Source of the DNA: Hydrolagus colliei
Taxonomy: Eukaryota
Length of the DNA stretch: 64,000 bases
Direction of reading: 5' to 3'
Assembly (NCBI GenBank): GCA_035084275.1
Contig: CM068745.1
Location: 63,116,001 to 63,180,000, forward strand
A program made the position numbers and the translations under genes. Under the pieces are notes generated by a model. It saw only the letters and a program-made list of their open reading frames with translations, searched no databases and was not told the origin of the DNA. Numbering within the stretch: position 1 is the first letter of the stretch; each line of letters opens with the position of its first letter. Shown piece after piece: positions 11,723 to 23,457 of the stretch.

Positions 11723-11786
11723 TTGAACATTGCTTGTCAATGTTGAACATTGCTTGTCAATGTTGAACATTGCTTGACAATGTTCA
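11723..11786. repeat. 20-bp tandem repeat x3 with self-complementary units
   Basis: TTGAACATTGCTTGTCAATG at 11723, 11743 and 11763. Confidence 0.9.
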
Positions 11787-11864
11787 GATCAGAGGGTGAC
11801 GAGTGCGTTATAGGAAGAAAACATACTGCTCCAGAAAGGGAGTAGGGAGTTAGCCTCTTATTAA

Positions 11865-12452
11865 TAGACAGTACTTTGTGGTTAGAGCACTCGCTTCGCA
11901 AGTGAGAGTGGGTTTGATTCCTGTCAGAGTGAAATGTTGGCCAAGTTTCCTTACCCACATGTCTCTTCTTACCTAGCAGTAAGCAGTAACCTGGTTGTTA
12001 GTTGATTGGTGGAACGCTTTGACTGGGGTAACAATTTCTTTAAAATAAATAAAAGTTATTTGGTCACTCAATCCACGATTGTTTGTGGGACACTGCTGCG
12101 CACAATTGGCTGGTGAGTTTCATCCACAAAATATACAGTCAATTCACTTTACAGTATATTCTGTGAAGTGCTTTGAGATAACTTTGAGATAGTGGAGTCC
12201 TGTAGCTCAGTTGTTAAGAGCACTCACCTTACAAGCAAGACACCTCGGTTCAATTCCAGGCAGGGTAAAACCTTGGACACATTAATTTTTAATCCACAAC
12301 TATTTGTGGGACACTGCTGTGCGCAATTCGCTTCCACGTTTTGCCCACAAAATATACAGTCAATTCACTTTACAGTATATTCTGTGAAGCACTTTGAGAT
12401 GTCTGGAAGACGTGAAAAACACTTTTTCAAATGTAAGGTATATTATTATTAT
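11865..12452 (+). mobile_element. Two tandem major-family SINEs (the first carries an extra internal module)
   Basis: Heads at about 11875 and 12193 (GGAGTCCTGTAGCTCAG), shared Deu-like body, (ATT)n tail. Confidence 0.85.
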
Positions 12453-12706
12453 AGCGTAAAGGATTGCAAAAGCAGATGAGGAATAACTGGAATCTGTGAA
12501 GTTTCACATGTCATGCCATACTTTTAATCTGGAGAAAGTGTTTAGGGGTAAAATAAGTCTTTCTGGGGATAAGGAAAACTTCAGGCTAGCAGAATATATC
12601 ATGATGGTGGTTGTAGATTAATTTAACCACTGATCAAGGAAAATCAGAGGGAGACCATCTTGTTGAGGAATGGATATGCAGTGACCTGGCCATTTATGGT
12701 GCAGAG

Positions 12707-12955
12707 AACAACAACAGCAACAAAATTACATTTGTGTAGCGCCTTTCTCATCGGGAGGAAGTCCCAAGGCGCTGGACAGTCAGTGTTTCAGACCTGAGCT
12801 ATGGAGGGAAGGGTGAAAGGAGTGGTTTTTGGGTGACTGATGGGACTGTCGAAGAGGAGGATCTTGAGGCGGGACTTGAAGGAGTCTATGCGGGATGGAA
12901 TTCCAGAGGTTAGGGGCAGAGTGGCTGAAGGCTCGCCTGTTGATGGTGATCGAAC
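12707..12955 (-). mobile_element. L2 3' fragment
   Basis: (GTT)n tail and SFKSRLKILLFD-like C-terminus. Confidence 0.85.
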
Positions 12956-12967
12956 ACATTGGAGATC

Positions 12968-13050
12968 ACAAACATAGGAACAGGAGTAGGTCATTGAACC
13001 CCTCAAGCCTGTTCCACCATCCTATTAGACCATGTACCTCAACTCCAATT
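12968..13050 (-). mobile_element. CR1 (HER1/HE1-like) 3' end
   Basis: ACATAGGAACAGGAGTAGGTCATT..., same family as 28228-28321. Confidence 0.7.
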
Positions 13051-13704
13051 TAACTAAAAACTATCAAAATACTGCAATAAAAATAAACAGTGCAGAGCAC
13101 AAGATGATTCACAGCTATTACATCACTTCTGGCTGGACTTGGAAAGAGTCACTTCACAGAATGGACATTATTTAATTAAATATTTGGAATAATTCAATTT
13201 CAGATAAGACTGTCTCCTGGGCATATAATATATGTATTATATTTAGTTTATACTAATATTTGTACACCAATTGTTATGGTTATTAAAATCTTCACATCAT
13301 ATATTCATACATTTGTATCCCGCTGACTTTTCACCTGTATTTACAACATAAACAATCATGGAATAATTGGCTGCTGTCTCCATTTTGCTATCTGTTTAAT
13401 AACCAAATTCCCTGATATCCCAATGACCTTACAAAATGCTCAAATAAGTTTGAAGCCACATTTTCAGCATTTTCAGCTACATAAATCACATAGACGTTTC
13501 CTTTTCATGATTCTTTAAACAATCGAACACCATCCACAGAATTGCATGCAAAGCTTAGAAGCTTATGCCAGATAAGAGGTAAATTAATGGTTTAAAATAT
13601 CAGGTAGGTCCAAAAATCGTCATGGTTTTAGCCTTAAGATCTTTGGCTTAAATTTCACAGAAGTTTGGAAAACAGTCCTTAATTCAGTCTTAATTTGAAA
13701 GAGG

Positions 13705-14050
13705 ATGAAGTATCAGTGGATTTGATAGGGTGAACAAAGAGAAATTATTTCCAATGGTGGGTGGGTCGGTAACCTGAGGACAATGATTTAAGATAGTTGC
13801 TAAAAGAAACAGAGGGGAGAATTTTTTTTCACATAGTGAGTTGTTTGGATCTGGAATGGAATCCCTGAAAAGGTGTTGGAAGCCAATTCGATAGCAACTT
13901 TTAAGAGAGAAGCAGATAATTATTTGGGGAGGACAAGTTTGCAGGGCAATGGGGAGAGAGTGGGGGAGTGGGATTTGTTTGGTTAGCTCTTTTAATAGAC
14001 TAATTTGGTGCTGTATGGTTCTATAATTCTATAATCCTATGATTCTATGA
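13705..14050 (+). mobile_element. CR1 3' fragment
   Basis: GFDRVNKEKLFP-like translation and ATTCTAT-type terminal repeats. Confidence 0.85.
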
Positions 14051-14199
14051 AAACTGTACGTGAAACAAAATTATTTTTGGTATCTGGCAGAAATTTTTAA
14101 ATCTTGAGATCTAAGATCACAATAAATTTCTGCCGCAATTATTTAAATAATAGCTCCAAATCTATGCAGAATGTCAATTCAGAAATGATGTGGGGGTGG

Positions 14200-14340
14200 A
14201 GGAATGAGGAGTGATTTAATGGTTCGGGACACTGCATTTTCATGTGTGGCACCTGAGTTTGATAAACCTGGTCCAGACTGATGTGATGAAAATGCATCTC
14301 ACTTTGGGCTTCATGGCTCTTACATGAAATTTAGATCTTA
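14200..14340 (+). mobile_element. LF-SINE-like head fragment
   Basis: Resembles the recalled LF-SINE 5' part (GCATTTTCATGTGTGGCACCTGAGTTTGA...CCAGACTGATGTGATGAAA...CTTACATGAAAT). Confidence 0.4.
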
Positions 14341-15152
14341 AAAATCATACTCAGTTTTGAAAGTAAAAATAACCATTGTTGTCAACACCAGCAAAAGTGT
14401 TTTGTTATATGTATGGAGGGGAAAAGGCACTCTGTAGCAAACATCTGACAGTTTAGGCTTTGGGACCATTATCTCAATCTGTTTTTAGGTAATAAATTGC
14501 TAAAGAGCTGAACAGTATTTTTAAAGACAACATCATACACTCAACTGATCTTTGTGAAAACCTTTTTTTCATTTGATGCTCAATTAAATATAAATTGGTT
14601 TAAAACTCACTCTATCTGAGGCACATGCATCGTCTTACATGAGTACTGGTGGTGACCCAACAATTTCTTGCCACTTGACAGCCTGACCAAAAAGATAATA
14701 AAGCAACATATGAAGATAAACATGAGACAAGGACCACTGAAAAATTAAAGGCACTTTCTGACTCACTCTACACCACATTACAAATTGGTAAATATTCTTA
14801 AAAACCTGCAACAACACAATGAATAGGTAGGATCTGACCAAACAGTGCATATGAGGGGCATTGATTTGTCTGCCAGACACAAGTACAATGAACACGTAGG
14901 AACTTGACTTTCTAGTGATCAGCAATGGTGTCTCACAGCCAGTGAGATCTTAAGCACCTAATCACAACTTGGCTGCGATAATCACAGTTTAGCACCTTAA
15001 CAAGCAGGAAATGAGACTCTTGACCTGTAAACTCCACCGGGCGGCCAGTAATCCAGAAGCACTGATCAGAAAATTGTAACTTAATGTCGACAAAAGCACT
15101 GAAGGTGCATTTTACTGAGTTGAATGATGTCTTCATCATGGACACCATGCTG

Positions 15153-15215
15153 TCATAGAGGGCAGCAATCTTCACCATGGGAATGCACCGCCTCCAATCC
15201 ACACTGCTTGCAGAT
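15153..15215 (-). CDS. Probable terminal coding exon of an unidentified host gene
   Basis: Strong acceptor CTTCCTTGTTATTTCCTTCTAG|. Phase 0 reads ICKQCGLEAVHSHGEDCCPL*, phase 1 reads (D)LQAVWIGGGAFPW*. Followed by unique UTR-like sequence. No clear nearby AATAAA and the protein is not recognised. Confidence 0.5.
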   Translation of the reverse strand: MCKQCGLEAVHSHGEDCCPL

Positions 15216-15339
15216 CTAGAAGGAAATAACAAGGAAGTTGAATGACATCTCCACCAACACATTCAAATAGCTGGATCTCTAAAAGAGTTTAATGATGTCC
15301 AGTAAAAGTATTTACAAAACTCAAAAAGGTGTGACTCAC

Positions 15340-15390
15340 CTTTGGACATTGAGAGTTGGTCGGGAGAGATGAAGTTCAATATTACGTTAT
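15340..15390 (-). other. Possible 51-nt internal or alternative exon
   Basis: Consensus donor AAG|GTGAGT at 15339 and weak acceptor CACAAGCAG|. Open only in phase 1: (D)NVILNFISPDQLSMSK. Confidence 0.3.
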
Positions 15391-17329
15391 CTGCTTGTGC
15401 ACATAGTAAATTGATTTTGCTTATCTAATATGCTTTATTTGGGTAAAAAAAAGTTAGAAGCTTACTATTAAACATGATTATTTGCTTTATATGAAACATT
15501 ATCTGCTTTTAATTTCTACACATGAGCAATTTCTATAATAGTATCAATTTCTAATTGAAATTAATACTATTGTAATCTATTGATACCGTCAATATAAAAC
15601 CTCTACCTCTACCTTCTGAGGTTTTCTTTGTGGGATAAAATTGTTTTCTGCCTACTGAGATAACACATATTGTTTCAGAAACCTTCGTAAAACTATTTTG
15701 TTCTGGAAAAATAATAATGCTAAAGGTGATCAACTCCTGTTGCTTGTACATCAGTAAACGTTCTCACAGAGCTTAATAATGTGTAACTTAATGTATGGCC
15801 TTAAGCTTTGAAAGGGAGAGATGGAGCTCAATATGACGTAATTGGGCAGTGAGTACGGTGCTTTTGCTTGTCTAGATCAACCAAGATTGGTTTTGATGAA
15901 GAAGGCCAAATATGGTCAAATAGTGTAAATAGTGTCTCCAAGTGCCAGAATCTGACCAGGTTCTTCGTACATGACGTTGGAGTTAACCGCAATGCATGAT
16001 AGGCTGTGAATTGAGTACTACCTTATCAAGCTAATTTCCAATGCATTGAAGAAAATTGTTGCATATAACCATATATTTGTATTGTATTTTCTAGTTTTCA
16101 TATTATAAACACATTACAATAGGTTTTAATTAATGAAACACTATTTTATTGGGCTGTAGGAAAAGAACATGGCGGAACACTGGGCAGCTACTTTTATGTT
16201 GATAAGTAGTTGATGAATTTCTGTAGACTTTCTCTATATTTTCCTTTTTCATTCTGTTCAAGACTGCATTAGGCTAGAAATTATCTCAGGGTTCTGTGAC
16301 CTGCAGAAATGATTTGTACCTCTGGCTGTTCATTAGTGGCAGAAAATGAGGAGAAAAACATTCAATACAAACTAATGTGTGCCATACAATTACTAGATTA
16401 ATAAGTTTATTCCATTACTGCATAGGGAGAGCACATCAGCCAGACGATCTGTACTTGTAGTGTATTTCTAAACGTCCTGTTAAGAGAGTGAGCAAGGGTC
16501 AGAAAACTTAATTATACCATAACTAGATAGAAATTGCCAAGTGATAAAAGGAACATCTAGCTAGATTCAGCAGGAAATTACTACTTTAATACTGCTGCAG
16601 AATGACTATTTTCTGTACAATTATGTTAGAATCCAGCAATTTTTAAATACTCAGGCCTGGGTCTTCCAGGTGCACGTAAACTATCTTTTGACAAAAGGAT
16701 GCAATTGAAAGACTCTGCATTTGATTTTTGAACTAGAAAATATTATTTTGTACGATACAAAACACATTATTTAGGCAAAATATGCTTCAAATAAAGTACC
16801 TGACAGCTGGTATGAAGATTATTTGAATAGGGCTTTCAGTATCTTTCCTCCCTCCCCGAAACCTACTCTTACCATTGTACAAATGTCCCATTTTTTTCTT
16901 GACTGCTCACCCAGGACAACGGTGGTTAATTTTGTATTCTATGGATGAAGATTAATCAACGTGATGCCATTACCCAGGGCTAACTGTAATTTTGACTAGC
17001 AATCTGCATATTGTGGTTATACCCTGCATTTAATTTCCTAAAAGAACAGATATTTATCTTTGCTGTTTAAACAGACCATCCAGCAGTGGATGAGAGCACA
17101 CTTGTCTGCACAACAGGCTGGAAGGGGAATACACCGAGTAAATTAATATTTAGATGTAAACTGTCATTTGCTGTTATAATTGTTACTGTTATCCTAAGGT
17201 GGCATTTTGAATCTTTAGCAAACACTGAATGTATAGAACCTACTTAAGTTGCACGCCTTTAATAGGTTTTGCAGGAAATTGTATCATAACACTGTTAAAG
17301 TAATTTTTTTTAGGGATGTAAATATGCCT

Positions 17330-17730
17330 CAAATCCTTGCATTTGAAACTGTACATGTAACATTGGACGGATATTTCAAAGCACTTCACAGGAAAGTGCA
17401 GTGACTTTATATTTTTGTAACAAATACAGCAGCAAGGTGCCCAAATCAGCCATGAGGTAAATGTCTAATTTTATCTGGGGAATTGTTGGCCAGCATACTG
17501 GGAGAAACTACCTTTTCTTTTTGAATAGTGGTATGGGATCTTTAACCTCAACATGAACAGAGGACAGGACCTCCAGTTAATGTCTCATTCAAAAGGCAGC
17601 ACGTCCAACAATGCAGCACATCTCCAGCACAATATTGGAGCACAAGCTTGGATTGATTGTATGCTCAAAGTCCTCATGTGGAGCTTGATTCTACATCCTT
17701 CTGATTTGGAGTGAGAGTATGATCAATATA
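17330..17730 (-). mobile_element. Old SacSINE1-like DeuSINE
   Basis: GAATAGTGGTATGGGATCTTTAAC...TTAATGTCTCATTCAAAAGGCAGCAC is the reverse of the Deu domain. Confidence 0.75.
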
Positions 17731-17762
17731 AGGAGTATTATTATTGTTATATTAAAATAATT

Positions 17763-18120
17763 TGTGGATAGCTCAGTGGTTAGAGCACTCGCCCTACAAC
17801 AACAAACAAACAACAAAATTACATTTGTATTGCACCTTTCATGTCAGGAGGACGTCCATGGATTCAATTCCAGGCGGGGTGCAACCATGGGCAAGTTTCC
17901 TTACTCCGTACACCTATAATAATCCCTCAAAAAACAATAATAAATTGGTCATTTCAATCCATGACTGTTTGTGGGACACTGCTGTGCATAATTGGCTGCT
18001 GCGTTTCGCCTATACATATATACAATCAATTCATGTTATAGTATGTTCTGTGAAGTGCTTTGAGATGCCTAGAAGACGTAGAAAGCTTTATTTTAAAAGC
18101 AAGGATTATTATTATATTAT
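17763..18120 (+). mobile_element. Major-family SINE with an L2 tail inserted in its tRNA head
   Basis: TAGCTCAGTGGTTAGAGCACTCGCCCTACAA, then a reverse L2 tail (about 17798-17857), then TTCAATTCCAGGC, full body and tail. Confidence 0.85.
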
Positions 18121-18344
18121 GAAATATAAAAAATTATCACAAAAGAGACAACGAGAAAGTAAGAAAATACCATGTCATGAATGTAGAGTCTCACTAGTAC
18201 ACTTCATCCAAATATATTGTCAACTCATGAAGTGCATTTACCGTATGGACAACTAATGTCCACTGTAAGCCAGCACTCATTATCCTACTTGATGCCCGAG
18301 AAAGCACAGATACTGTTGTAATCCTATTTAATTGTTTTGGTTGA

Positions 18345-18455
18345 CGTTTACTCACTTTCCTTTCTCCATGGATGCTGCCTGACCTGCTGAGTTTTCCCAG
18401 CAACTTCTGTTTTTGTTTCTGATTTCCAGCATCTGCAGTATTTTGTGTTTTGTTA
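18345..18455 (+). mobile_element. Penelope-like terminal repeat fragment
   Basis: GATGCTGCCTGACCTGCTGAGTTTTCCCAGCA...GATTTCCAGCATCTGCAGT, with an inverted copy at 38700-38785. Family assignment is from recall. Confidence 0.55.
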
Positions 18456-19319
18456 ATTGGTTTGGTGATAGGTAGCTGTCGTGAAATGGAGACACATTAC
18501 ATTTAGTGTGGTAGTCAACATTATTTTCAGCCAGTTGTAAAATAGCTCAAGATGTAATGTAGAAGCCGTGGACAGACATGTGGCATTCTGCTATTCTGTA
18601 GTATTTCTCTTCAGACTATGATATTAAATTTAAACGTTCAACTTTTTGGTATCACCAGCACCTTAACAAGGAAATGAGATAAGAGCTTCATCCATGTTAC
18701 TGAATTGACTGAGTATCAATAGGGGTAAACATTCTACAGAAAACTGCTTTTGGTTTGAGCTACAGCTTCGTGCAGCAGCTGGTATAAAATGAGTGTGGTG
18801 TTTACTTGTCCTAATTTTACAAAAGGACTAAATAGCTAATACTGTTTGCTTTGGAGACCATGAAGCTTTAAACGGCATAGATTCAGCTGGTCTCTTTTCA
18901 GTAACTCCTCTGCCAGTAAGCTGAATTTAATCGTTTCACATGGTCTAAATTGAGACCAATGAATACAAGCAGGGTTTTGATTTAGAAATATATTTCAAAT
19001 ATGATGTTAGACATTGATTACTATCGGTTTAACATTTGTCACACAGCAATGCTGCATTTATATTGCAGGTGTGGCGGCAAACTGTCCAAACTTTGGTAAA
19101 CATGAAGTGTAAATGATCGGGTGGCGGGAAGAGGGCAGGCAACGTGGTCTCTGGAGCATTGAGATTCACATCAATGCAATATATCACTAAATTCCGTTTC
19201 TCTCATAATCTGATCAAAGTTCCTAAGAACTTTTATTATTATTAAATAATATCTTGTTAAATATCTCCAGTTTGAACCACACTTGGATGTTTTGGTAGTT
19301 GGGGCTTGAATTGAAGCAA

Positions 19320-19632
19320 TAATAATAATAATCATCATCCTTCCATTTGATTTAGCACTTTTCATATCTTCTGGACGTCTCCAAGCACTTCACAGAATTT
19401 ACTGGAAAGTGAATTGACTGCATGTTTGTGGGCAAAATGCGGCAGCCAATTCCGCACAGCAGTGTCCCATAAACAGTCATGGATTGAGTGACCAAATTAT
19501 AGTTTGTTTTTAAAGGGATTATTATTAGGCATATGGAGTAAGGAAACTTGCCCAAGTTTCACCCTGTCTGGAATCAAACCCAGATCTCTTGCTTGTACAG
19601 CAAGTGCTCTAACCATTGAGCTACAGGACTCC
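19320..19632 (-). mobile_element. Near full-length major-family SINE
   Basis: GGAGTCCTGTAGCTCAATGGTTAGAGC head through to the (ATT)n tail. Confidence 0.9.
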
Positions 19633-19779
19633 ATGAATAGGAACTGTAAAAAGATATTGAATTATATTGGGACGTCCTCCTGACGCTCTACAAATGTAAT
19701 ATTTTGTTGTTGTTATTATAATTAACATTAGCAGCTTTTTACATATCCATCTATAAAAATTAACCCACTTTGTACCAAA

Positions 19780-20565
19780 AACAACAACAAAAAATTACAT
19801 TTATAGAATGCCTGTCACATCGGGAGGACGTCCCGAAGTGCTGAACAGTCAGGTCGGGACCCCAGCACGGGGGGGGGGGGGGGGGGAAGGGTCGGAATAG
19901 GGGGAAGGGGAAGGAGAGTAGGAGAGGTAGAAGAGTTAGGAGGGGAGCAGAAGGCACGGTCGAAGAGGAAGGTCTTGAGGCTGGCCTTGAAGGAGGAAAG
20001 CGAGGAAGTGAGGCGAAGGGATTGCAGGATGGAGTTCCACAGTGTGGGAGCAGAGAGGCTGAAAGCCCGGCCACCGATGGTGGGGCAGTTAGGACGGTGG
20101 ACGCGGAGCAGGCCAGAGCCTGCTGAGTGGAGGGGAACATTGGGCTGATAGGGAGACAGCAGGTCAGAAAGATAGGCAGGAGCAAGGCTGTGAATGGCCT
20201 TGAAGGTGAGGACGAGGATCTTAAATTTGATCCTCTGGGGGATGGGGAACCAGTGGAGACGGGTGAGGGTGGGAGTGATGTGGTTGTGGAGCCTGGTGCG
20301 TGAGAGTACATGAGGAGCTAGGAAGGCCGACGAGGAGAGAGTTCCGTAGTCGAGTCTGGAAGTGATAACGGAGTGTATGAGAGTTCGGCGGCATGGGTGT
20401 GAGGTAGTGGCGCAGCCTGGCAATGTTGCGGTGGTGGTAGTGGTGGTGGAAGGCTGTACCTTGGATGTTGATGTTGTCAGTGCCTGAGGTGTGGAGGTGC
20501 TGATGCCAGCCAATCAGGAGGGCCTCTGTCTTGTTGACATTGACCTGGAGGAAATTGGCCCTCGT
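19780..20565 (-). mobile_element. Relatively young L2 3' part with internal deletions
   Basis: ITSRLDY...HITPTLTRLHWFPIPQRIKFKILVLTFKAIH...GGRAFSLSAPTLWNS (ORF 19815-20513). CpG-rich, with tail. Confidence 0.92.
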
Positions 20566-20939
20566 CTTAAGCGCTCTGAGACGCCGTCCGGCATAGAGGG
20601 CACTATATAAATCGAAGTTGTTGCTGCTGCTGTTGTTGTTGTTGTTTGTACCAGTGTACTAAAAAAAACAGTCACTATACTTTGAGACATACTCTCGAAG
20701 TGAAGGGCACTTTTTAATGCATGGATTCTTATTACGTACTACTACAATCGGAAATAATAACTTGAATTTTAATAAGAGCTTTTTACACAAAAAATAAATG
20801 TATCGAATACTTTACATTGTGGAGTCAACTGTCTGGATACATGTCTGGATTCAACTGCAGCAGTTATATTAATCACCACTGAGATTGTCAATATTCAATA
20901 GATTGTTGTAATAATAAATAATATACAGTACTTACATTT

Positions 20940-21092
20940 TGTATAGGGGAGGACAAGTTTGAGGAAGATATGTTTGCAGGGCTATGGGGAGAGCGGGGGA
21001 ATGGGAATGATTTGGATAGCTCTTTTCAAAGAGCCGGCACAGACACGATGGGCCAAATGGCCTCCTTCCATGCTGTATAATGCTACGATTCA
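20940..21092 (+). mobile_element. CR1 3' end
   Basis: TTGCAGGGCTATGGGGAGAG...GCACAGACACGATGGGCCAAATGGCCTCCTTC. Confidence 0.8.
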
Positions 21093-22409
21093 CCTTTCTA
21101 CACCAAGAGGCCATCTCAAAATGTTTTGCAGGGTTTACTATGAAGTATACTGACTGTGTATTCCCGGGTGAACACAGTATACAGTATGCCAGAAACAGCC
21201 ATGAATGTAAGTACTCTGAAACACAACCCTGCACGAAAGGGGCTATATAGGTGCAAGTTGTTGTTACTGTTGTATGAACTGAATGACCAATTTCGTTTGT
21301 GGAATTGTTGGTCAGAACACTGTGAAAACTCCCTTATCTTTTCGAATAGTATCATGAATGATACCCGCAGCACTGTATTGGAGTGTTAGCTTAGGATCAG
21401 GTCAAAGTATTGAACCCCAAATCTTCTACCTCCAAGGCAGGGGTAACACAATTTTGCCAAAAATAAAGTGCATGTTGTGAAAGCGCTCTGAGATGCCATC
21501 CAGCGTGGAGGGCACTATATAAATCAAAGTTGTTGTTGTTGTTGTTGAAACCACCAAGAACTTAACAAAGGCTCTGGTTCTGTTATTTAAGTGAGCTCCA
21601 GTTATTGCTTGTTCCTGCCTTTGCAGTTGCAAATGTGTGTTGAATTGAACGAGCGTTAAATTGGAAACAAATCATTGGTGGTGAAGAAAGATCTATTCAT
21701 TTAACCTGCATCATATTTCAAAACGGACTGTAAATTAGTCACTATTATTCAATAAAGTCTATTGAAAGCCTCACACCTGGTATTCAATCCTAAGTAAATT
21801 CTTTTTCAGATACCATTGGAAGACACAATTTTATAGACTCCAAGACAATGCTCATTATCGAATAAACCAATACATCTACAAATCAGTGTCTGGTAAACAA
21901 TTTCAAAACTGTGGAGAACCCATTTAATTTTCAAGCATTCTTTCTTTTGTGGAGCATTCAATTTCACAATAGGCACACGATAATGTCACACACAAATAAT
22001 ATTGAATGTGGAAAATTGGAGAAAATGCAACTGTCCTTCATACATATTAGAAATTTGTGTTACAGCTGTATCATCTTTTGAGAAATCTTTACTTTCTCGT
22101 TCTATCTAACTTGGATGATTTAAATTATAAATCAGTATTGAAGTGTTGTATGTTACATTGCAATTTTTAAAAATAATTTAACATGGTGTGGTTATACAGC
22201 TGAATACAGTACTATATTTTTCAATGAAACTAATAAAATAATCCTTGCATTTTGCCATATGGCCTTTCACATCAGAAGGACATTGTAATGCACTTTCAGA
22301 TTTATTGTGAAATGGAGTGATTATATTTGTAGGCAAATGCATAGCAATATCCCACAAACAATGTTTATATTTAAAAAAATACAAAAGCCTGCACTTCACA
22401 GTCAACATC

Positions 22410-22730
22410 AATCAAATTACATTTGTAGAGCGCCTTTCATGGCAGGAAGATGCCCTACGGAGCTGAACAGCTGGGGGTCAGGAACTGAACTTTGGGGAAG
22501 AGAGTGCAGAGTTGGGATGAGGGCAGGCAGAGAGGTGGGATGGTGGCTGAAGGCACAGTCGAAAAGGAAGGTCTTGAGTCAGGCCTTGAAGGAGGCAAGG
22601 GAGGGAGCAATGCAAAGGGATTATGAGATGGAGTCCAAAGCTGTGGGGCAGAGGGACTGAAAGCCCGGCCACCAATGGTAGGGCAGGTCGGGCAAGAGAC
22701 ATGCAGCAGGTCAGAGCTCTCTGAACAGTC
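22410..22730 (-). mobile_element. L2 3' fragment
   Basis: CPTIGGRAFSPSAPQLW and L2 tail. Confidence 0.85.
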
Positions 22731-23457
22731 AATCAATAGTTCGCTGGAATATTCTTCAAATGAATTAATATGAAAAACCCCTGCAATTTATGGCCAACAG
22801 TGGATTCTTTTTGAGATGAAGTGTGCTCGGAAGATCCTGCCAGTATCACAGTTTGGAGGCATAGGATACCTACTGGCATTTGAATTCTAATGATGCAATC
22901 CCTATAATAATGTTATATAGTAATTTTTGCATATGATATAACTAATGTTATACAGTAATTGTTGCATTTGATATGAAGCCTTAATACATTGGAGTTGTCT
23001 TTAAGTGTCTCACAGGATTTACTGTGAAGTGTAGTGATGATACATTATAAGCGAATCTATCAGACAATGTTCTGTGTAACTTGCAAGCAAGATTATAATT
23101 TAACATGTAGTTCCCAGCGCCTTGGGGCATCCTCCTGATGTGAAAGGCACTATACAAGTGTGAATTTGTTGCTGTTGTTATACAGCTGAGACTATACATT
23201 TCAATAAAAATATGTGTACAGCAGTGCCCCCCACAAACAGCCACAAAATGAATGACCAATTTAATGGGAGTATTTGTTGGTCAGGAGGAATTCTCTTCTC
23301 TTTTTGAATAGTGCCATGAGATCTTTAATGTCCACTTGAATAGGCAGAAGGGAGCATAGCTTTAATATCTCATCTGAAGGATAGCACCAAGAAACACCGC
23401 TCAGTTACTCCTTCCCTAGTGAACAGTAACCATCCTCATTGAATCTTCCTGCACCAT

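Noticed and set aside
14933-15262. 109-aa ORF as a standalone gene
   Set aside because: It runs across a strong splice acceptor and has no recognisable domain. A spliced terminal exon in another frame explains the region better.
19869-19886. Long G homopolymer / G-quadruplex
   Set aside because: It is an expansion within the variable C-rich L2 3' UTR and not locus-specific.
19815-20513. Longest ORF (232 aa) as a functional or domesticated gene
   Set aside because: It is an internally deleted L2 ORF2 C-terminus lacking the RT core and running into the 3' UTR.
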